Source: Octopus vulgaris (lineage: Eukaryota). Taken from it: a stretch of DNA of 64,000 bases. The stretch lies in assembly GCA_951406725.2 (NCBI GenBank), contig OX597822.1, positions 39,060,001 to 39,124,000 of the forward strand. The letters are read 5' to 3'. Below the pieces are notes generated by a model that searched no databases, had not been told where the DNA came from, and saw only the letters and a list, made by a program, of their open reading frames with translations. The translations under genes and the position numbers were made by a program. Of this stretch, positions 54,311-64,000 are shown piece after piece; the stretch's first letter is position 1, and each line of letters starts with the position of its first letter.

Positions 54311-54971
54311 GGAGAATTCACACAAAAATAAAGCAAAAGACGAAGACAGGTGGTGTAGACAACAAACAGATGTGTTAGGTTAGCGCTCGGGAAGTGAAAA
54401 AGTCTTTAACGTTTCGAGTCCACGCTCGAAGCTGAGGATTGCTCTGCATTAAAATTGATGTAATGATTGCATTGTTCAATTAAATGGAGTTGCTTGAAAC
54501 GATCGTACTGCATTACCTCTGGATATGCCTGTTGCTTATTTTGATATACGTATACATATGTATATACATATATATACATATATATATATATATACATATA
54601 TATACATACATATATGTATACACACACAGACAGACAGACACACACACATATATACGCATATATAAGGTGACACCCTTTGGTCATGAATGACCATGGGATT
54701 GCACCTAGAAAGTTACCCTCTGAGGCACAAGTCCAAGCAAGTTTGTCTATGGATGACCAGCAGTCGCCCAAGTATACCAGTCTCTCCTCTCTACACTACC
54801 GATGTTATCTAAGGCAAAGGCTGATACAGCTTGGCAGCAGTGACGTCGTAACCCATTTCTACAGCTGAGTCAATTGGAGCAACGTGAAATAAAGTGCCTT
54901 GCTCAAGAACACGACACGCAGCCCGGTCCGGGAATCGATCTAACCACTGCGCCATACACCTTCACATGCAT

Positions 54972-55075
<104 letters not shown>

Positions 55076-55240
55076 GCATACACAGGCACACATAAATATA
55101 TATAAATATATATACACACAGACGTTATTTTTATTCTCTTATTCCTTCCTGTAAGACCGTAGGCTCGAAACGTAAAAGACTTTTCCATTTTTCCCGAGAG
55201 TCAAACTAATATACTTGCTTGTTGTTCTTACACCTGTCTT

Positions 55241-55298
<58 letters not shown>

Positions 55299-55591
55299 GA
55301 GGCATATATATATGTGGAGGGCAGCGGACTTGCGGTCGCAGGATCGCGGTTTCGATTCCCAGACCGGGCGTTGTGAGTGTTTATTGAGCGAAAACACCTA
55401 AAAGCTCCACGAGGCTCCGGCAGGGGTTGGTGATCCCTGCTGTACTCTTTCACCACTCTTTCTCCCACTCTTTCTTCTGTTGGCCTGCTCGCTTAGCCAG
55501 CGGGGTGGCGTCATTCGAAGGCTAAAACAATGCGAACGCATTGTGACCAGCGATGTGTAACAGCATCTGATGGTCAGGTCGGTCACGTGAT

Positions 55592-55639
<48 letters not shown>

Positions 55640-56612
55640 GGGATTTAGGAAATCCAGACGAGTACCCGTACTCCTGACAGCATTTTACGTGAGATCGTAC
55701 CTAACAGAATATCTGAGGAATAATATCAGAAGAAAGTGTTCGCTTAATCTAAATGCTATTCTATGCAAAGTGTAAATCCAGAGAAATGAGGTCAATACTT
55801 TTATCGCAGAAACAAAAGAATGAAAATGACGGTATTACATTTTGAATCACAATCCTTTGAATAATCAATAGATTTTATCAATCAGCATGATGGGATATCC
55901 ATCAAGTTGACGTCTTGTCTTGTAGGCTTTTGCAGCTCATTGAAGACTGTACATCGAAATTCTTCCCGATTAAGTAGTGTTCTCCCAACGGAGGAAGCCA
56001 TAACATTACTTCATTTTGACTTTCTCATAGTGTTTTCTTGGCAGGTAAACTGAGGTGATTGCCACTGAATCCGCCAATTGAATGGCCGTTGGCCTACAAA
56101 GATCTCATCAAGCCTTCTACAGATCTCATTAGACCTGGTGAAGGCCCAGACACCCTCCTCACGTGAGTAGCAAGTTACTAAATTGCAGGAGCCGGTTTAG
56201 TCGCCGACCACCCGATCATGAATAAATTTTTCTTCGTAAGTTATTTAACAGATATACAGTGAAATACATATGTACTCCACTATACAAAATCTTTCCCATA
56301 ATACAGCAACAATTAACAATGAAAAACTAGTGTAACAACCAGCCGTTTTAATTTCAATTCCCTCTCTCATGACCGATCCTCGTTCATCTATTTAATAGCC
56401 TAAATTCTGATATGTAAACCAATACCATTTTTCGGGGATACATTTGTAACTAGTCCGAAGAAATGATAAGAATGTCTTTAATTTAATATCGTTTGAGTTT
56501 ACATAATTCATTATATGCATAACCCATTTTGATTGGTAAAAAATATAATTGAAACGATCTTTACTGATTAAAATATAATACCGTCATTACATTCTTACTT
56601 TATTTATATGTA

Positions 56613-56698
<86 letters not shown>

Positions 56699-56702
<4 letters not shown>

Positions 56703-57250
56703 GTTGGCCGGAAAGTTCGTGCCGATTTTTAAAGGAAAGAAAAAAGTCAATGAATACTTGCCATTACATTTTTAATCAACCAAATATGAATCATTTTGTG
56801 GCACAATACGTCTCTATCTTTCCTTTAACTTGAAAATACCCTCTTCTCAGAATTGAGGTGGTTTCACGACAAAGAATTCATCAAGGTATCTGTTTACGTC
56901 ATCCAAGGAATTGAAATTTTTACTATTAATACGATTCTGCAGAGACCTGAATAACTGGAAATCCGAAGGAGCAATATCTGGTGAATATGGAGGGCGGAAT
57001 ATCCCGACGAGCTGCAGCAATTTTTGTCTGGTTCCCAACACAAAAAGTGCCGTAAATGAACTGACTTATTTTCCATTTTACAGAATTAACACAGGTTATA
57101 GGTCCATAAACCTTCTTCCACGAAAAGATAGCTTAAACTGTGCTCTAAATGGAGGTGTAGTCAAATCCTATTTTATGGACTCAGCCATGTTCTAAAATAA
57201 GTCGAAAGGTAAGCTACTATAAACCGGCACAAACTTTCCGGACAACCCAA
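56699..57250 (-). mobile_element. Mariner deletion derivative
   Basis: TIRs TTGGGTTGGCCGGAAAGTT and AACTTTCCGGACAACCCAA within (TA)n; PPYSPDIAPSDFQLFRSLQN motif. Confidence 0.85.
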
Positions 57251-57391
57251 TATATATATATATATATGTGTATGTATGTATGTATATTATTATATATATT
57301 CTTATATATATGTATATATATATTCTTGTGTATGTGTATTTTGTTTCATATTTATATTTGCATTTTTATATTTTTATAATTGTTCTTTATA

Positions 57392-57515
57392 ATCTCTGAC
57401 GAGGCCTTGAGATATATATATATAACTCATTTTTAACTGCATATTACCTCAATACATCTGACTAATATAGGCAGAATGAGATACATTTATCTACAGGCTG
57501 AAACAGCTGTAAGAT
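57392..57515 (+). ncRNA. Hammerhead-like motif with canonical core and extended stem II
   Basis: ATCT-CTGACGA-GGCCT...(about 85 nt)...AGGCT-GAAA-CAGCTG-T-A-AGAT; palindromic stem III ACAGCTGT, GUA triplet. Confidence 0.55.
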
Positions 57516-58173
57516 CCATTTTATGTATATCATTTTTATGGTATTATCTTACTTATTGATGTATACTGTTTTATTTTGTTGGATTTGGATGTTAATAAAT
57601 AATATGAATTGGTAATATCTGTAAGTCGATGATTGAAATGAATCTGTTCCTCCATTTTCTTATTTGTATTATGAATTTGAGGTAAAATATTTTACCTACG
57701 CCCATCTAATACAATAAATGAATTAATTTCATTGCAATTATAAGCATTTATGTATTTGCCTTTTGGGTGCTTCACCACCAGTATATTTGATAACTGATAT
57801 CCCATAGTGGGTTACACTCATAACACCTATCTCACTTTATATATATATATATTTTTATTATCATTATTAGCCGAATGTAACAGCGCTTGCGCGGTGGATT
57901 TAAAAATTATAATGTATAATTATGTAGCACGTGTATTTTCGGTGCTGCATAAATATGCATTAATTGTAGCGCCCTTATTCAATAAGCACGGATGGCAAAT
58001 TAATGCATTTGCACATTGATGCAGAAACTCGAGTCTAAGGCTAACTACAATAATATTTTAATTTTCATTCCCTTTGAAATTGCTCGCATTAACTGCCCTT
58101 TCTAGCATGACGTGTCCTGTTAAAGGTCATCTCTTTTGTGTATGAATACGTAAATTATTTGTACACTATATTG

Positions 58174-58220
<47 letters not shown>

Positions 58221-58351
58221 TGAGATGTACTCTCATAGCAAGTAATTTGATCTGAGATCGTGTGCTGAAACGAAAACAATTGCAGCGTGGAAGGTGTTTA
58301 TAAGCCATTTAAGAAACACACTAACTGTTACTTTCTTAGATGCAGCACGGA

Positions 58352-58402
58352 CTTTGTCAGTGAACAGGTCGCGGATTTTAGCGACGAAAATATTTTGACA
58401 AA
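58352..58402 (+). ncRNA. Further copy of the G3-C8 hammerhead-like motif
   Basis: Same core and stems as 5410-5459. Confidence 0.55.
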
Positions 58403-58478
58403 TTAAACTTAAATGTTGAAGTGAATCGAACGGCTTTTGTGTGTTTCTTAAATGGCTTATAAACACCTTCCACGCTGC

Positions 58479-58604
<126 letters not shown>

Positions 58605-58709
58605 CACACATATATATACATACATTCATACATATGCATGTATATTTATATACATGTATGTATATATTTTCATACACTCACGCACATACACATATATACA
58701 TATCTATCA

Positions 58710-58793
<84 letters not shown>

Positions 58794-58957
58794 GTCTATC
58801 TGTCTATCTATAGACTGAGAGAGAGAGAGAGATAGATAGAGAGAGACTGAGAGAGAGGAGCGAGAGAGATAGAAAGAGGCATGTACTTCTAGCTTAATTG
58901 CATTTATGTATATATTAGAAACGAAAAGAATAGATTGAATTTTGAAAGAATCAAATC

Positions 58958-59000
<43 letters not shown>

Positions 59001-59026
59001 AGTAGCATTAGAATTACCCTTAATTC

Positions 59027-59117
<91 letters not shown>

Positions 59118-59157
59118 ATATGTATATATATAATATGTATATATATATATGTATATA

Positions 59158-59222
<65 letters not shown>

Positions 59223-60020
59223 CTTCAAATAGACCTACACCTGTTTCTACAATATCGATTAGTAAGCATTGCAATTTCAGTCTTGCCATAATATCGGTGC
59301 AGTTATATGTATATACACATACATAGGTTCAAGAATACCTCTGTATGGACATGTATGCAAATGTGCATGCACTCCCCACACACATACACATGTTAACAAG
59401 ATTGAAGCTTTGGTGGGATTTGGGGATTAAAGACATGTGTAGTCTCCTCGTGCTGTCGGTGAGTCTGGCGTTTGGTTTGCAGCTTTTAAATATGAAACTA
59501 ACACAGTACATTTCTTCGTGGCCTTGTCATATGAGAAGGCAACGCAGTGAAACTCTCGGACACATTCAATGGAGCACTCGAAAAGGGAATCTTTTGTTAA
59601 ATTCGCTTTTATCGTATATTGGGTATTGTCGTTTACTGGAGTTTTCTTGAAGTAACTGCTTTCTTCTGCGGAAAGAAAGAAAAATACGGATAAGAGAAAA
59701 AACGCAGAGATATGTCAGACATCACCAGACAATCGCCTCAACATCACCACAAAACAACCTCACAGAACCACAACAGACATCATCACGTAGCTACATCAAA
59801 TATTATCAGACATCCACAACAAACATCGTCATACATAGGCGCAGGAGTGGCTGTGTGGTAAGTAGCTTGCTTACCAACCACATTGTTCAGAGTTCATTCC
59901 CACTTCGTGGCACCTTGGGCAAGTGTCTTCTACTATAGCCTCGGGCCGACCAAAGCCTTGTGAGTGGATTTGTGAGTGGATTTGGTAAACGGAAAGTGAA
60001 GGAAGCCCGTCGTATATTTA

Positions 60021-60060
<40 letters not shown>

Positions 60061-61964
60061 CGCGCGTCTGTCCCCCCCCCCAACATCGCTTGACAACCGA
60101 TGCTGGTGTGTTTACGACCCCGTCACTTAGCGGTTCGGCAAAAGCGACCGACAGAATAAGTACTAGGCTTCCAAAGAATAAGTCCTAGGGTCGATTTGCT
60201 CGACAAAAGGCGGTGCTCCAGAATGGCCGCAGTCAAATGACTGAAACAAGTAAAAGAGTATACAACTACATCAAACAACATCACACAATTGTAATAAACA
60301 TCAGCATACAACCGCATACGATTTCATCATGCGACAGTATCAGCCATCTTCGCACAGTTATATCATACAGTTATATCAAACATTACCAACCAATCGCATT
60401 AATATCACCACACAACTACCTCACAGAACCACAACAAACAACATTGCACAACCATACCGAACATCATCACACAACTACATCGAAGAGCATCACGTAATTG
60501 CATTAAACATCACACAACCGTATCAAACATCACCGCAACACCCACACAACCATCACAAATTATTATAACCATAGATACCAACCTGACTTTTGACAACAAC
60601 ATCGGCGTTTCCCTGTCACAATACCATGTTTATTTACATTGTAGATTGTGGCTTGTGCAGTTTTTGTTTCACAGTCACATGTAACGTATGGTCCTACACA
60701 ATAAACAGAGATGCTATCGGTTAATATTGTTTACATTAAAATATATAATTAAAATTACACGTTTAAAAGTATGTCATAAGAGATAACAGGCAAATAGAGC
60801 TGTATATCTGATATAGATCAGACGACCACATTAAGATCATACCAGAATACCTCCGAAAAACTTCACTCATATCAATTAATACCTGTAAATATTTTACTGG
60901 TTAAGCTAACATTGTTTATATGGCAATATATAATGTTTAGAAACGCATGTGTTTTCTTCATAGTTTGAATAATGAGTCGATGAAGAGAAATGAAACCATT
61001 TTTCGAAATATCATGTTCTCCATCGCTATCCTTTCTACTATAGGTACAAGGCCTTATAGTTGGGGGTAAAGGATGAAAGGCAAAGTTGAACTCGGTGGAA
61101 TTTGAACTCAGAACGTAGCGGCAGACGAAATACCTATTTCTTTACTACCCACTAGGGGCTAAACACAGAGGGGACAAACGAGGATAGACAAACGGATTAA
61201 GTCGATTACATCGACCCCAGTGCTTAACTGGTACTTATTTAATCGACCCGAAAGGATGAAAGGTAGAGTTGACCTCAGTGGAATTTGAACTTAGAACGTA
61301 GCGGCAGACGAAATACCTATTTCTTTACTACCCACTAGGGGCTAAACACAGAGGGGACAAACGAGGACAGACAAACGGATTAAGTCGATTACATCGACCC
61401 CAGTGCATAACTGGTACTTAATTTATCGACCCCGAGAGGATGAAAGGCAAAGTCGACCTCGGTGGAATTTGAACTCAGAACGTAACGGCAGGCGAAATAC
61501 CGCTAAGCATATCGCCCGGCGTGCTGACGATTCTACCAGCTCGATGCCTTATGCTGTCCATCGATATCAACAACACAAAGTATACATACACAGAACGGGG
61601 AGAAAATACAAAAACAAAAACAAACAAAAAAACAATGAATGACCTTAAGGTTAACATGTCGTTTGCTATACCATCTTCGATGATTTGATGATGTTGTCTG
61701 ACTATGAAATATCTCTGTCCTTCAATGAAATACGTGTAAGAATGCACGGAATGGACGCATGAAAATATTTCCCCTCTTCTTTATTTTCTCACTCTCTTTT
61801 TCTTTTTATATACACATGCGTAGGAGTGGCTTGTTTACCAACCACATGGTTCCGGGTTCAGTCCCACTGCTTGGCACCTTGGGCCAGTGTCTTCTACTAT
61901 AGCCTCGGGCCAACCAAAGCCTTGTGAGTGGATTTGGTAAACGGAAACTGAAAGAAGCCCGTCG

Positions 61965-62087
<123 letters not shown>

Positions 62088-62138
62088 TTTATTTAAAATC
62101 ACCAGAAATTCAACAAAACCTGTTACTCTGAGTTTCAA

Positions 62139-62176
62139 CTGTCCGACGAACGGGAACGTGAAACTCAGAGTAACAG
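62139..62176 (+). ncRNA. Minimal hammerhead-like motif (C at position 4) within a 35-bp inverted repeat
   Basis: CTGT-CCGACGA-ACG(ggaa)CGT-GAAA-CTCAGAG-T-A-ACAG; arms 62103-62137 and 62159-62193; inserted in the (TA)n of a family A SINE. Confidence 0.55.
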
Positions 62177-62277
62177 GTTTTGTTGAATTTCTGCTGCTTT
62201 TAAATAAAGCATATTACTCTACCCCTGGTATTTGAGTAATTTTTTTCCACCTTGTTTCACATTTATGTGTTTACTCC

Positions 62278-62345
<68 letters not shown>

Positions 62346-62702
62346 TATGTATGTGTGAGTATATGTTTGTGAGTCTGTGTTTGTCCCCCCAACATCGCTT
62401 GACAACCGCTGGTGGTGTGTTTACGTCCTCGTAACTTATATTCACATATATATGCGTGTATATTTATGCATATTATGTATATTCTTTATTCTTTTCTGTT
62501 ATTCTTTTGTTTGTTTCAGTCATTTGATTGCGGCCATGCTGGAGCACCACCTTTAGTCGAGCAAATCGACCCCAGGACTTATACTTTGTAAGCCTAGTAC
62601 TTATTCTATCGGTTGCTTTTGCCGAACCGCTAAGTGACGGGGTCGTAAACACACCAGCATCGGTTGTCAAGCGATGTTGGGGGGACAAACACAGGCACAC
62701 AA

Positions 62703-62748
<46 letters not shown>

Positions 62749-62982
62749 AAGTATACGACGGGCTGCCTTCAGTATCCGTCTACCAAATCCACTTCCAAGG
62801 CTTTGGTCGGCACGAGGCTATAGTAAAAGACACTTGCCCAAGGTGCCATGCAGTGGGACTGAACCCGGAACCATGTGGTTGGTAAGCAAGCTACTTACCA
62901 CACAGCCACACCTGCACCTATGTCTGTCTGTCTGTATGTATGTAAGCATGCATGTATGTAAGTATGTATGTATGTATGTATG

Positions 62983-63013
<31 letters not shown>

Positions 63014-63041
63014 GCATGCATGTATGTATGTATTATGTATG

Positions 63042-63075
<34 letters not shown>

Positions 63076-63198
63076 TGTATGTATGTATGTATGTATGTAT
63101 GCATGTATGTATGTATATATAAACACAAACACATACATATACATGTATGCCTACATGCCCATGTCCATACATATTTTGCATTGATATATATTTATATA

Positions 63199-63425
63199 CA
63201 GGGCGCGGCAGAACGGTTGTCCTGGTTTCAAAGGTTAAGGAAAAAATAAACGCATGAAGATACAAGAAAAAGCAATGCTCTCCACTCCAGGCCATGTTTG
63301 GTACTACCTGAAACAGAAAAGAAAATGTAATGGCATTTAATGAAGTTCATAGAAATACAAAGTTTTTTCATGCATCTTCTTTTTATTAACCTTTGAAATC
63401 GGGGTAGCCTTTCTGCCGCACCCTT
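63199..63425. mobile_element. Tc1/mariner-type MITE
   Basis: Imperfect TIRs of about 60 bp (CAGGGCGCGGCAGAA...TTTCAAAGGTTAA and TTAACCTTTGAAA...TTCTGCCGCACCCT) with TA flanks. Confidence 0.7.
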
Positions 63426-64000
63426 TATAAATGCGTACATATGAATGTTCTTCATAGAAGTGTTTCAGATCTGTTGAAGTTAAGCCGACATAATTTTCCA
63501 TACCATTAACTTCAGGGTATGAGTGTGCGTGTGCGCGTGTGTATGCAGAGACTGTGTTGAGTTTACATCTTATTTCCACGTACACACACACACACACACA
63601 CACAAACGCATATACACACAGGTGCAGGCGTGGCTGTGTGGTAAGAAGGTTGCTTCCTAACCACATGGTTCTGGGTTCAGTCCTTCTGTGTGGCACCAAA
63701 GGCAAGTGTCTTCTACTATAGCTTCGGGCCGACCAGAGTCTTGTGAATGGATTTGGTAGACGGAAAATGAAAGCCCGTCGTACACACACACACATGGAGG
63801 GGCCAATTCATTCGCGTAAAAAAAAAAACAACCTCTTCAAAAACATGTCCCAGCATGGCCGCAGTCTAATGACTGAAACAAGTAAACGATAAAAGATCGT
63901 AACACCAGCATTCAATCCAATTGACCTGATTAAATTTTCAAACATACAAGATATTCCGTTAGAAATAAATAATCTCAGAGAATCTGGTATAGGACACTTG

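Noticed and set aside
63228-63330. Strong splice acceptor followed by MAWSGEHC on the minus strand, as a host exon
   Set aside because: Lies inside a TIR-bounded MITE and is probably the remnant start of its transposase.

Overview
Repeat-dense metazoan genomic DNA, most likely octopus (inferred from the SINE families and microsatellite load). One intact host gene is present: a four-coding-exon enkurin (ENKUR) on the minus strand (CDS 21200-21112, 14911-14787, 13030-12765, 9236-8898; 272 aa; all introns GT-AG and in phase). About 170-200 bp upstream of its ATG is a tight X-box/CRE/forkhead motif cluster. The rest is transposon debris and simple repeats: Penelope-like RT remnants, R4/Dong-, Hero/NeSL-, Tx1- and RTE-type LINE fragments, two near-full-length mariner copies, other Tc1/mariner derivatives, a Buster-type hAT with an 8-bp TSD, Helitron and Helentron non-autonomous elements, and three tRNA-derived SINE families. 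Nearly all ORFs in the supplied track are microsatellite or SINE artefacts. The most unusual signal is about ten minimal type-I hammerhead-ribozyme-like motifs from several unrelated short elements, many inside inverted duplications or (TA)n tracts. They include G3-C8 and U3-A8 core variants and a TSD-bounded element joining a tRNA-like Pol III head to a hammerhead. All folds were done by eye; none was computed or tested.
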